From a virus, in the IMG/VR virus record IMGVR_UViG_3300032235_000467: a DNA stretch of 64,000 nucleotides; one strand, given 5' to 3'. Shown in pieces: positions 27,345 to 37,231 of this stretch. Made by a program: the position numbers and the translations under genes. The notes beneath the pieces were generated by a model, which did not search any database, was not told the DNA's origin, and saw only the letters and a list, made by a program, of their open reading frames with translations. Numbering within the stretch: position 1 is the stretch's first letter; each line of letters opens with the position of its first letter.

Positions 27345-30323
27345 ATGTCAATATTCAAAAGCACTTTAAAACCTTACGTAGTAAGACAAATAAATACTAG
27401 GCAGAATCTACTATCTGAAATAAAAAGACCAGTAGAGTTTGCTCACTATGTATCCAGCAAGTCCCCTTGGATAAGAATGACTTCTTTTGTAAATTACGGA
27501 CCAGTAGGTAGTGAAAACGCAGACCTAGCAAAGAAGTATATATTAATGGGAGGGTCTTTGTATAATATGAAATCTGGTGGCTATTCTCAAAGGAGTGGAG
27601 TAGGAGGTGCTGGTTCTGTTTATGGAGGAGATCTAGGAACTAATCAATACGGTATAAGACCTATGCCGGGTATATCAGAATTGAATACAAGATCATTAGG
27701 GGCATACGGATCTCTTACAGAAGCTACTGTTAAATTTTATGCGTGGGATGTAAAGCAATTAGAAGACTTGACGGTCCTTTTTATGAGACCGGGATATAAA
27801 GTATTATTAGAATGGGGATGGTCAATGTATTTAGATACCCTTATTAGCGGAGAAGATTACAAAAAGAAATCAGATCCTAACTCTTTGAAAGGCAGCTTTA
27901 CTAATTACAGTATAGAGACTATGCCTTTTAATACCATAGATTGTTTTAACACAAGTATAACTCAAGATGTTATATATGATCAACTGGAAAAAATAAGACA
28001 TAGGTATTCTGGTAATTATGATGGGGTTCTAGGATCTATAAAAAACTACCAATACACCTTACTTCCTAATGGAGCATATGAGTGTACTGTTACTTTAATT
28101 AGTATTGGAGATGTAATAGATACCATAAGACTTAACGACACTTTAGGATACGAAGCCTCAGAAGGAGGAGAACAAACCCCAGAAACAGCAACCACAGGAT
28201 CAGTTACCCCAGACATAAAAAGTGATTTTGAGATTATATTTGATGAGTATGCTAAATTGAGCCCATTTAATAGTAGAGAAAATTCTCCTATAATAACAAC
28301 AATTGATAGCAGAATAAAACCTAAAGACGCCAAATATATAGACCCATACGTGTATAACTACCAACTACCAGAAAACTCTATATTTGGAAAACAACAAATT
28401 ATACAACAAGGCATATTTAAACAGGGGGGTAAAAGATCATATTTTTATCTTCAATTTGGGTACGTTTTACATATACTTAACTCTTTAAAAAATGTATTTG
28501 CTAGTAAAGGACAAACTCTATTTGAAATAGAAATACCATCAGATCCAAATAATCCCGACAGCTTATCTAACGGATTATGCCAAGCTTCATACAATGTGGT
28601 ATCCGTAGATCCTAGTGTTTGTTTAATTAGAAATAGTAATGCTACATTATTTATTTCTAAGGAAGAAGACCCTATTGATAATACTAATATTTTAGATAAA
28701 AAAGGATTTAGACCTAACATATATAAAAATGAAAATTTTATAGTAAAACAGGTACCTTCTGATCTAGTATCTAACAATAATGATATAAAAGAGTATCTTT
28801 ATTCTAATACAAACTTTGGATTAATAAGTAACATATATGTGAATATCCTTGAAATAATATCAATATATAAAGAACAATCTATGTCTAATAACGGATATGT
28901 TTATTTAGGAGAGTTTATATCTGCTTTATTGTCTAAGATGTCTTATTCTTTAGGATCTATAAATGATTTTGATAAGTTTGTTAGCAACAATAAAGTAGTA
29001 ATTATAGACAAACACTATACAGAAGTAGGCGCGGACTCAGCGTACAATAATAAGTTTAAAATTAATATTTCTGGTAACAATAGTATAGTAAGGTCTCATA
29101 AGATAGAATCAAAGATATTCCCTTCTCAAGCTACTATGATAGCAGTAGCTGCACAAAGTAGAGAGAATATATCTGCAATCCAAACATCTACATACAATTA
29201 TATAAATGAGGGATTGGTAGATAGATTGTTAGGGGATAAAACAAACAAAAAAGAAGATCAAGGAGATAACAAAGAGGGACTGGCGGAAGAAAGAGCTAAA
29301 GAAGCAAAATTAAATAGCATACTTAAACTCATCCAGTACGTAAACAATTATGTTATTCCAAATAATATAAATAGCGATTCATACGCCTCTAACTTATCCA
29401 CTATGAATGGATATTTGAATACATTGTTGGTAGAGATGGAAGGCGGCACTAACTATAAAGCAGTTATACCTATATCAGTAAATCTAACTATAGACGGACT
29501 ATCTGGACTAACAATAGGGGAAATATTCACAGTAGATAAAAAGGTACTACCAAGGGATCACAAGGATAAATCTATAGGTTTTATAATAACTAAGTTGGCC
29601 AATCAAATTATAGGAGGTTCTTGGACAACCAATATAGAATCTCAGATGTGTGTGTTAGACCAAGAAAGTAAGCAAATAAGAACAAAAGAAAAAGCAGATC
29701 AATTATTAAGAGAACTTTTGAATTTAGGGGAGAAAAACAAACTAAAAAATATAGCATCTATAACATATTTTAACATACTAGCCGCATTAACAGCTGACGT
29801 ACTATCTGGTAGAATAAAAGTTGAAAATGAGTACGGCGATTTAGTGGTTAGAGACAATTCAAAAGTATTGTACACAAGAGCAGCTTTAGCTGAGTTTGTT
29901 CCAGGAGGAAAAATAACTTTGGAAGATGTATTAAAAGATCTTAATCGTTCTTATTTGAGATTTTATCCAGATGCTAAAAAAAGAAATTTTTACGATACGT
30001 TTTTCTATAGGGATGATAATTTAAACGATGCACAAGTAGCAACTAATATAATCTATGGAATGTACTACTATAGCTATATGGTAGATGAAATAAAGACACA
30101 GTTTGATGCCGAGTTTAATAGAATTATAGGAAGATATGTAAAAGGAGATTTGACACAACAAACAGTAACAAGAGACGGAAAAGGAACAGTAACAACCTCA
30201 GTAGTATTTGATCTTGTGTTTTCTAAAATAGATATAAAAAATGCAGTAGATATGAATACTGGGATATTAATTCCAAATGTACCATTAATAGCAGGATATG
30301 CAATATTACCCATAGTAAAATAA
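27345..30323 (+). CDS. Baseplate hub-like protein
   Basis: 992 aa; P.PGI, G...EATV, LF.RPG..VLLEWGW, YDG.LG and IP....LTIDG.SG...G..F motifs; follows the LysM gene. Confidence 0.65.
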   Translation: MSIFKSTLKPYVVRQINTRQNLLSEIKRPVEFAHYVSSKSPWIRMTSFVNYGPVGSENADLAKKYILMGGSLYNMKSGGYSQRSGVGGAGSVYGGDLGTNQYGIRPMPGISELNTRSLGAYGSLTEATVKFYAWDVKQLEDLTVLFMRPGYKVLLEWGWSMYLDTLISGEDYKKKSDPNSLKGSFTNYSIETMPFNTIDCFNTSITQDVIYDQLEKIRHRYSGNYDGVLGSIKNYQYTLLPNGAYECTVTLISIGDVIDTIRLNDTLGYEASEGGEQTPETATTGSVTPDIKSDFEIIFDEYAKLSPFNSRENSPIITTIDSRIKPKDAKYIDPYVYNYQLPENSIFGKQQIIQQGIFKQGGKRSYFYLQFGYVLHILNSLKNVFASKGQTLFEIEIPSDPNNPDSLSNGLCQASYNVVSVDPSVCLIRNSNATLFISKEEDPIDNTNILDKKGFRPNIYKNENFIVKQVPSDLVSNNNDIKEYLYSNTNFGLISNIYVNILEIISIYKEQSMSNNGYVYLGEFISALLSKMSYSLGSINDFDKFVSNNKVVIIDKHYTEVGADSAYNNKFKINISGNNSIVRSHKIESKIFPSQATMIAVAAQSRENISAIQTSTYNYINEGLVDRLLGDKTNKKEDQGDNKEGLAEERAKEAKLNSILKLIQYVNNYVIPNNINSDSYASNLSTMNGYLNTLLVEMEGGTNYKAVIPISVNLTIDGLSGLTIGEIFTVDKKVLPRDHKDKSIGFIITKLANQIIGGSWTTNIESQMCVLDQESKQIRTKEKADQLLRELLNLGEKNKLKNIASITYFNILAALTADVLSGRIKVENEYGDLVVRDNSKVLYTRAALAEFVPGGKITLEDVLKDLNRSYLRFYPDAKKRNFYDTFFYRDDNLNDAQVATNIIYGMYYYSYMVDEIKTQFDAEFNRIIGRYVKGDLTQQTVTRDGKGTVTTSVVFDLVFSKIDIKNAVDMNTGILIPNVPLIAGYAILPIVK

Positions 30324-30329
30324 AAATAT

Positions 30330-30845
30330 ATGTATTATCCTAAATCAGAAATATTAAAAGTAGACTATACATCAGGAAGTGAGTTCTTAATAAAAAGTAC
30401 CTTAGTATTTTATAAGGGAGACTACTATGCTACTAATGATGGAAAGTTCTTCTCAGGAAAAGAGTATAGCCCGTCTACTCAACAACTGGTACCGGTATCT
30501 GATAATATTCAAAACATAAATGAAAAAGAATCATACGGATTTCATTATGCAATGCCATCTGAAGACGATTATTCTAACGGATCGTTCACCAGATATACAA
30601 TAAAAAGAGTAAACAGTGGGTTTGAAACCATATTAGAAGTAGATCAAACTGAACACGAGAGAGCTGTGAAAGATCCCTTGTACTCAGCAGTAAAGTTTTT
30701 CTGGAAAATAACTGGTCCCCTGTACACAACTCCAGAAGGAATACCAGGAATAGTAAACACCAATCAGAAAACTCTAGAAAATTTAGAGAAAAATATACCG
30801 GGTATATCAAATTATTTTACAAATTTAGCACAGTACGCAAAATAA
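30330..30845 (+). CDS. Baseplate-region protein of unknown function
   Basis: 171-aa ORF ending the tail operon. Confidence 0.55.
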   Translation: MYYPKSEILKVDYTSGSEFLIKSTLVFYKGDYYATNDGKFFSGKEYSPSTQQLVPVSDNIQNINEKESYGFHYAMPSEDDYSNGSFTRYTIKRVNSGFETILEVDQTEHERAVKDPLYSAVKFFWKITGPLYTTPEGIPGIVNTNQKTLENLEKNIPGISNYFTNLAQYAK

Positions 30846-30872
30846 CCCTATCTTTGTACAAAGGTTATAAAC

Positions 30873-32210
30873 GTGTATTACATAATAGAGACTGAAGAAC
30901 AGCTTCAGAAATTTTCTACATACGACTTCACTAATTGTATTGTTGATGTAATTTCATCAAACGATAACTGTCATCCTAAACTGGCAGACATCTCCCTGAT
31001 CTATATAAAGCCTTTTAGATCCCGTATGGGATTTATGCTATGTCTTGATCACACAGAAGCGTTTTCTCTTCCTAAAGAAGCTGTAGAGGCCTTTATAATT
31101 AATAATCTTGGCAATATTTACGCTATTGATGCAAAAAGGATGAGATACTTCACTAAAAGAGATAGCGCCTTATACTGCCTTAAAATGGCCAAGTATCTAT
31201 CTACTGGGGAGATAATAGACGAGTCTAAGTTCAATACTACAGCACACAACTTCTTTTGTCAGAAGTATGAATACCGTCCTGACATAAATAAGATCATCCC
31301 TATAGCTAAACACTTTGAAAAGTATGAGAAACTAGCCGCCTCTATAAAGATAGATCAGGCCTGGTTCAAACCTAAGTACTATAAATTGTATGGGGAGGTA
31401 GCCCCTAGACTTTTTAATTCCATCGAATCTGATGGAATTAGCATAGATAATGTAGCATTTTTCAGTCATTATACCCCAAAAGAGGCCTTAATGTCGGTTA
31501 AATCAGACAAAACATACACTCAATATAACCTTTATACTACTACCGGAAGGCCTTCAAATGCCTTCAATGGTATCAATTATGGAGCCATGAACAAGACAGA
31601 TGGCAGTAGAAAGTCATTTGTAGCTGGTAAAGATAGATTGGTTGAGTTTGATTACAGTTCGTATCACATTCGTATATTAGCGTATCATATCGGATATATC
31701 TTTGACGATGAGGATATTCATACTCATTTAGCCAAGTACTATTTTGATACTAAAGACATCACTAAGGAACAATATGAAGAGAGTAAAGGTCTGACTTTTA
31801 AACTGCTGTATACTGATTCTATTGCTGAAGAGGTTAAGGATATACCTTTTTTTGCAAAAGTCAAACAATTTAAAGAGTCATTGTGGAATTTATATAGAAA
31901 ACAGGGATATATTGAAAGTTTTCTATCTAAAAGGCCTATTAGAGGAATAACTTCTAAGACTCAAGTACTCCCTTTTATTTTACAGAACTACGAAACTGAG
32001 AGAAATATCTTTGTTCTTAATGAACTTATTGCCTATCTTTGTAATAAGAACACAAAATTAGTGTTGTATAACTACGATTCTTTCTTATTTGACTATAGTA
32101 AATTGGACGGAAAGCAGACGCTTTGCGACATACAGATGATTTTGGAACAAGACGGATATAAAACATCCTGTAAATACGGCCAGAACTATCAGGAAATGAA
32201 GAATTTATAA
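30873..32210 (+). CDS. Short divergent family A DNA polymerase-like protein
   Basis: TTTGRPSN, motif A FDYSSYH, DIH, motif B SKGLTFKLLY, Q..E, motif C YNYDSF; only 445 aa. Confidence 0.75.
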   Translation: MYYIIETEEQLQKFSTYDFTNCIVDVISSNDNCHPKLADISLIYIKPFRSRMGFMLCLDHTEAFSLPKEAVEAFIINNLGNIYAIDAKRMRYFTKRDSALYCLKMAKYLSTGEIIDESKFNTTAHNFFCQKYEYRPDINKIIPIAKHFEKYEKLAASIKIDQAWFKPKYYKLYGEVAPRLFNSIESDGISIDNVAFFSHYTPKEALMSVKSDKTYTQYNLYTTTGRPSNAFNGINYGAMNKTDGSRKSFVAGKDRLVEFDYSSYHIRILAYHIGYIFDDEDIHTHLAKYYFDTKDITKEQYEESKGLTFKLLYTDSIAEEVKDIPFFAKVKQFKESLWNLYRKQGYIESFLSKRPIRGITSKTQVLPFILQNYETERNIFVLNELIAYLCNKNTKLVLYNYDSFLFDYSKLDGKQTLCDIQMILEQDGYKTSCKYGQNYQEMKNL

Positions 32211-32240
32211 ATTTTTAGCACAATTATTAGATATTTATAT

Positions 32241-32675
32241 ATGAATAATAATTTTTTTGATCTAACTTACGATTACTTGAACAAGCTTTTTTGCACGTTT
32301 ACCAAAAAGGAAGACCTTCAGGTCACCATATCGGATATAAAATCCAGATATGAAGTAATCTATTCTAAGATATTCATATTAGAAACAGATAACGACAACG
32401 AGTACGTGTGCACATATAACATTGATAGCGACAATATCAATAAAAACAATGTACTTCCTAATACAATTCTTATGCATCGCCGTAAAGAATGCAATGTTCT
32501 TTACACCATAAACTCCCTCAACAAGCTTATCGAGTCACTTAATGGTGGTGTTAGGGATAATAGCTATAAGGTTAACTGGAAAGACTATGAGAATAGCATC
32601 CTCCTTACCCAGAAGGACCAGTTTGTACAACTTAAGACCAAGATCCACGATATAGTTAATGTGGATAAAAAATAA
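32241..32675 (+). CDS. Hypothetical protein
   Basis: 144-aa ORF directly after an ATATTTAT motif. Confidence 0.65.
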   Translation: MNNNFFDLTYDYLNKLFCTFTKKEDLQVTISDIKSRYEVIYSKIFILETDNDNEYVCTYNIDSDNINKNNVLPNTILMHRRKECNVLYTINSLNKLIESLNGGVRDNSYKVNWKDYENSILLTQKDQFVQLKTKIHDIVNVDKK

Positions 32676-32706
32676 TTTGGAGTAGTTAATATATTCCTTA
32701 CTTTTG
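32676..32706 (+). promoter_or_regulatory. Bacteroidota-type primary sigma promoter
   Basis: TTTG (32676) - 19 nt - TACTTTTG (32699), upstream of the SSB gene. Confidence 0.7.
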
Positions 32707-32731
32707 TTCTTCACTTTTTAAAAAACAAGTT

Positions 32732-33604
32732 ATGTCCAAGATTGATTTGATTAAAGAAAGACTGAATAAGCTACAGTCTAAAAACTCAGGCTCCGCATTC
32801 GAAAAGATTGACTTCACAACCATTTTCTGGAAACCAAAGTTGGGAAAACAAGTAGTTAGGATTCTTCCAAGGAAAACTAACAAAGACTTCCCATTTGCAG
32901 AAGTTAGCTTCCATCAGTACAACATTTTCAAAAAAAATGTTTACAGTCTTGAAAACTTCGGTGAGAAAGATCCTGTAGTTCAATTGATGCGTGAACTCTA
33001 TGATGAGAACACAGAAGAAAGCAAAGATTTGGCTCGTAAGCTCAGGCCTCGTACTAAATTCTTCGCACAAGTATTGGTTCGTGGTGAAGAAGGTATGGGT
33101 GCTAGACTTTGGGAGTTTAACAAAACTACTTACGAGAAGTTGCTTAGTATCATGGCCGATGATGATTTTGGTGACGTATCAGATGTAACAGAAGGTACTG
33201 ACCTTACTGTAGAAGGATACAACGATGTGATCAAGATTGGTAAGCGTGATGTCAACTACGTTGCAGTGAACGTAACTCCAAAGAGAAACATTTCTCCTAT
33301 CTCCGAAGATGCTGCTCTAGTACAGAAAGTATTGGAAACACAAAAAGAGATTACTGAAATCTACAAGAAGTATTCTTATGATGAAATTAAGAAGATGCTT
33401 CATGATTACATTAATCCACAGGAAACCCAACCGGAAGAAGTATCCACTCCTACAGTAGAAGCAGCAGCACCGGTTGCATCAAATGATGATGAGGACACTC
33501 CTCCATTTGACGGTCCTTACAAAACAGTAGCACCTGCAGCAACAGCTCCAAAGCCTAGCTCAGTAGCATCTAAGTTTGATGATTTATTTGGAGAAGAAAA
33601 TTAA
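32732..33604 (+). CDS. Single-stranded DNA-binding protein (T4 gp32-like)
   Basis: FWKP....VRILP, G.DL, and an acidic C-terminal tail ending FDDLFGEEN; heads the recombination/replication operon. Confidence 0.8.
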   Translation: MSKIDLIKERLNKLQSKNSGSAFEKIDFTTIFWKPKLGKQVVRILPRKTNKDFPFAEVSFHQYNIFKKNVYSLENFGEKDPVVQLMRELYDENTEESKDLARKLRPRTKFFAQVLVRGEEGMGARLWEFNKTTYEKLLSIMADDDFGDVSDVTEGTDLTVEGYNDVIKIGKRDVNYVAVNVTPKRNISPISEDAALVQKVLETQKEITEIYKKYSYDEIKKMLHDYINPQETQPEEVSTPTVEAAAPVASNDDEDTPPFDGPYKTVAPAATAPKPSSVASKFDDLFGEEN

Positions 33605-33614
33605 AAACTAACAT

Positions 33615-34733
33615 ATGGCAGAATCAAAAAACATTAAAGGTGCTGTAGCTAGCGCCTTAGGTAAGAGTACGTCTTTTAATTTAGAAAATTTTAAGAAGTC
33701 AAAAAATCTAACCGAGAACGGATCCTTTAAGAAACAAGAGTGGATCCCATTATCAGAAGCTTTTCAACAAGCAATTAGTTTACCGGGTCTTCCTCATGGG
33801 CACGTTATTAATCTTCGTGGTCATAGCGATACTGGAAAAACCACAGCATTGATTGAAGCAGCGGTTAGTGTACAGAAAATGGGAAAACTACCAGTCTTTA
33901 TCATCACTGAGATGAAGTGGGATTGGAGTCATGCTAAGATCATGGGATTTGAAGTAGAAACAAAAGTTAAAAATGTTACAGATAAAGTTACAGGAGAGGT
34001 AACCCAAGTAATATCTTATGAAGGTAATTTTATCTATATTGATAAGAGTAGTATAACTACCGTAGAAGATGTGGCTGAGTTTATTTTGGATTTGTTGGAT
34101 GAACAAGCAAAAGGAGTGCTTCCTGTTGATTTAGTATTCCTTTGGGATTCTGTAGGATCCTTACCATGTAAGCTATCCGTAGAATCTAATAAGAACAATA
34201 ATGAGTGGAATGCAGGAGCAATGTCTCAACAGTTCGGCAACTTTATAAACCAAAGAATTGTCGGCTCTAGAAAAGATAGTTCTCAGTATACAAACACCCT
34301 TATTGCTGTAAACAAAGTTTGGGTGGAGAAACCATCTTCATATGGTGAAATGCCAAAGATAAAGAACAAGGGAGGAAATACAATGTTCTTTGATTCAACA
34401 ATAGTAGTAACCTTTGGTAACTCTACTGGAGCAGGAACAAACAAGATCAAAGCCACTAAGAATGGTAAGGATGTTGAGTTTGCAAAAAGAACTAAGATCT
34501 CAGTAGACAAGAATCACATCAATGGTGTAACAACCACTGGTAAGATTATTGCAACTCCCCATGGATTTATTATAGATGATAAGAAATACATTGACGCCTA
34601 TAAGAAACAACATTCAGCAGAGTGGTTAAAGATTCTTGGAAGCGAAGACTTCGATGTAATAGAAGAAGTGGATAATGGAGATATGATAGATAATCATGGA
34701 GATGCTACCATTAACAATTTAGGGAATGAATAA
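33615..34733 (+). CDS. RecA/UvsX-like recombinase
   Basis: Walker A GHSDTGKT, Walker B FLWDS, KGG..MFF and KNH motifs. Confidence 0.85.
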   Translation: MAESKNIKGAVASALGKSTSFNLENFKKSKNLTENGSFKKQEWIPLSEAFQQAISLPGLPHGHVINLRGHSDTGKTTALIEAAVSVQKMGKLPVFIITEMKWDWSHAKIMGFEVETKVKNVTDKVTGEVTQVISYEGNFIYIDKSSITTVEDVAEFILDLLDEQAKGVLPVDLVFLWDSVGSLPCKLSVESNKNNNEWNAGAMSQQFGNFINQRIVGSRKDSSQYTNTLIAVNKVWVEKPSSYGEMPKIKNKGGNTMFFDSTIVVTFGNSTGAGTNKIKATKNGKDVEFAKRTKISVDKNHINGVTTTGKIIATPHGFIIDDKKYIDAYKKQHSAEWLKILGSEDFDVIEEVDNGDMIDNHGDATINNLGNE

Positions 34734-35763
34734 GGAGAGACTCCTTAATATATTCTCTAGACTTAAAAACGATGAGAAGCCTGCTAATCTACACTACAAT
34801 AGTAAAGTGTTGATTATAGATGGGATGAATACATTTCTCAGAAGCTTCGCAGTAGTTAACCGAGTAAACCTAGCAGGTAATGATGTAGGTGGACTTATTG
34901 GATTTTTGAAATCACTTGGGCATGCAATAAAACTGTTATCCCCGACTCGTGTAGTAATCGTCTTTGATGGTGAAGGCGGGTCGGGCAACAGGAAGTATCT
35001 CTACAACCAATACAAAGGAAATAGGGATACCGGGAGAATTATGAATTATAAATCCTTCCAGACAAAAGGTGCAGAAGAAGATTCTAAATACAATCAGATA
35101 ACCAGGCTGATAGACTATCTACAATTATTACCTGTGACCTTACTATCTTTTGATAAGCTTGAGGCAGATGATGTCATGGGGTATTTAGCAGGAAGGATCT
35201 ACAAAGAGTATGACGATTCCCAAGTGTACCTTATGTCTTCAGATAATGACTTTATGCAGCTGGTAAATGATAGAGTCAAAGTATATAGCCCAACAAAGAA
35301 AAAGATATATGGGGTTGAGAATGTGGTAGAAGATTTTGGTATACACCCGGATAACTTCTTATTGTATAAAGCTCTAGTAGGAGACACATCGGATAATATA
35401 CCTGGAGTAAATGGATTAGGTGAAAAGAATGTAGTGAAGCTTTTTGAGTTTGTATCAAAGCCAGAAAGAAAAACATTACAGGACGTTTATCAGGTATGCC
35501 AAAACCCTCCTAAGAAGTCAGCACTATATGAAAGAATATTGAGTGTTAGTAAGCAAGTAGAGATCTTCTACAAGATTATGAACATCATGGAACCTAATAT
35601 ATCTGAGGAAACGGTTGCAGAGATTATGAAAAAATATCATATTAAGGCTCCGGCTTTAAAGAAGTATGATTTCATGAAACTATACAATCATGATAAGATG
35701 GGAGATGCTATACCGCATTTAGATCTATGGATAAATTTATATTCCACATTGAACAATTATTAA
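34726..35763 (+). CDS. 5'-3' exonuclease / flap endonuclease
   Basis: IIDG.N, VFDG, YKGNR, EADD, SSDNDFMQ, GDTSDNIPGV.G.G.K. Confidence 0.92.
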   Translation: MNKERLLNIFSRLKNDEKPANLHYNSKVLIIDGMNTFLRSFAVVNRVNLAGNDVGGLIGFLKSLGHAIKLLSPTRVVIVFDGEGGSGNRKYLYNQYKGNRDTGRIMNYKSFQTKGAEEDSKYNQITRLIDYLQLLPVTLLSFDKLEADDVMGYLAGRIYKEYDDSQVYLMSSDNDFMQLVNDRVKVYSPTKKKIYGVENVVEDFGIHPDNFLLYKALVGDTSDNIPGVNGLGEKNVVKLFEFVSKPERKTLQDVYQVCQNPPKKSALYERILSVSKQVEIFYKIMNIMEPNISEETVAEIMKKYHIKAPALKKYDFMKLYNHDKMGDAIPHLDLWINLYSTLNNY

Positions 35764-35770
35764 ATAAGTT

Positions 35771-37123
35771 ATGACGCAGCAAAGATTAACAAGTTATGGA
35801 CATCAATTTCAAATAAAAGTTCTATACTCCTTACTAAACGATAAACAGTTCCTTCAAAACATAGCAGATGTAATCACAGCTGATTATTTTGAATCTCCTG
35901 CACACAAGTGGATCATTGGAATTATTCTTGATTATTATGGAAAGTATAATACTTTTCCTACTATGGAAGTTCTTAAGATAGAACTTAAGAAGGAAAAGAA
36001 TGAGGTACTTCAAATATCAATCAAGGAAGAACTTAAGCAGGCCTACACAGCAACACAAGATGATATTGATTACGTAAAAGAAGAGTTCTTCAACTTCTGT
36101 AAAAACCAGAAGCTAAAAGACGCATTACTATCATCAGTGGATCTGCTTACAAGCGGAGAGTTCGAAGGAATCAGAAAGATTATTGATGAGGCATTGAGGG
36201 CCGGCGCTACAAAGGAGATAGGACACGAGTACGATAAAGATATCGAATCCAGATTTAGAGAAGAAGAGGATAAAAAGATTCCATTCCCATGGAAAGTGTT
36301 TAACGATATTACAGATGGAGGAATAGGAGGAAGCAATCTTATGCTTCTGTTTGCACCTCCTGGTATTGGTAAATCTACTGTGGTTTGTAATATTGCATCC
36401 CACTGTCTTAAGATGGGATACAACGTAGTGTACTATACATTAGAGTTGGATGAAAGGTATGTAGGTAAAAAGATCGACTCTATTCTTACCGGAGTAGAAG
36501 TTAAGATGCTTAAGTTTCACCGTAAAGAAGTAGAAACAGCTGTAAAGAATCTTAAAGGCAAGATTGTTATCAAGGAGTATTCACCTGGTAGGGCCTCACT
36601 AAGTACCATAGAATCTCATATAAAACAATTACAGTCCAATAATGACTTCATTCCAGATCTAATCATCATAGACTACCCAGATCTATTAAAGCCTCGTAAA
36701 TCTAGGAAAGAAAGCAAAGAAGAACTAGATGACATCTACACCGATCTAAAAGGGATGGCTAAAGATCTCAAGATACCATTTGTTTGTCCTTCCCAGATTA
36801 ATCGTATGGGAGCTAAGGATGAGATCATCGAGGGGGATAAAGTAGCCGGAAGTTTCCAAAAGATGATGATTGCCGATCTAAGCGTGTCATTGTCTAGGCG
36901 CAGGAAGGATAAGATAAACGGTACCGGAAGATTCCACATAATGAAATCCAGACTAGGACCGGATGGACAAACTTATGCTGCTAAAATAGATTTGAATAAA
37001 GGATTTATTGACATATCAGAAGATCTTTATGAGGAAGAGTCTGATAGTGAGGACGTTGGGTCCAAAGGAGATTTTAGTTCAGACGATATGTCTTTGCTAA
37101 AGAAAAAGTTCCTTAAAGCATAA
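35771..37123 (+). CDS. dnaB: DnaB-like replicative helicase
   Basis: APPGIGKS Walker A, TLE, IIIDY, SQ.NR and KSR.G motifs. Confidence 0.9.
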   Translation: MTQQRLTSYGHQFQIKVLYSLLNDKQFLQNIADVITADYFESPAHKWIIGIILDYYGKYNTFPTMEVLKIELKKEKNEVLQISIKEELKQAYTATQDDIDYVKEEFFNFCKNQKLKDALLSSVDLLTSGEFEGIRKIIDEALRAGATKEIGHEYDKDIESRFREEEDKKIPFPWKVFNDITDGGIGGSNLMLLFAPPGIGKSTVVCNIASHCLKMGYNVVYYTLELDERYVGKKIDSILTGVEVKMLKFHRKEVETAVKNLKGKIVIKEYSPGRASLSTIESHIKQLQSNNDFIPDLIIIDYPDLLKPRKSRKESKEELDDIYTDLKGMAKDLKIPFVCPSQINRMGAKDEIIEGDKVAGSFQKMMIADLSVSLSRRRKDKINGTGRFHIMKSRLGPDGQTYAAKIDLNKGFIDISEDLYEEESDSEDVGSKGDFSSDDMSLLKKKFLKA

Positions 37124-37149
37124 TCTCATAAGCATCAAAAAAGTAGCAA

Positions 37150-37178
37150 AAAAAAAGCTGAGCAAGTCAACTTTTTTT
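37150..37178. terminator. Possible bidirectional terminator
   Basis: A-run/G...C/T-run inverted repeat between the helicase and RNR genes; weak central stem. Confidence 0.4.
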
Positions 37179-37231
37179 CCCTTTTGAGTGGGTATTTATT
37201 TTTACCTTTATAAAAATTTAAAACAAAAAAC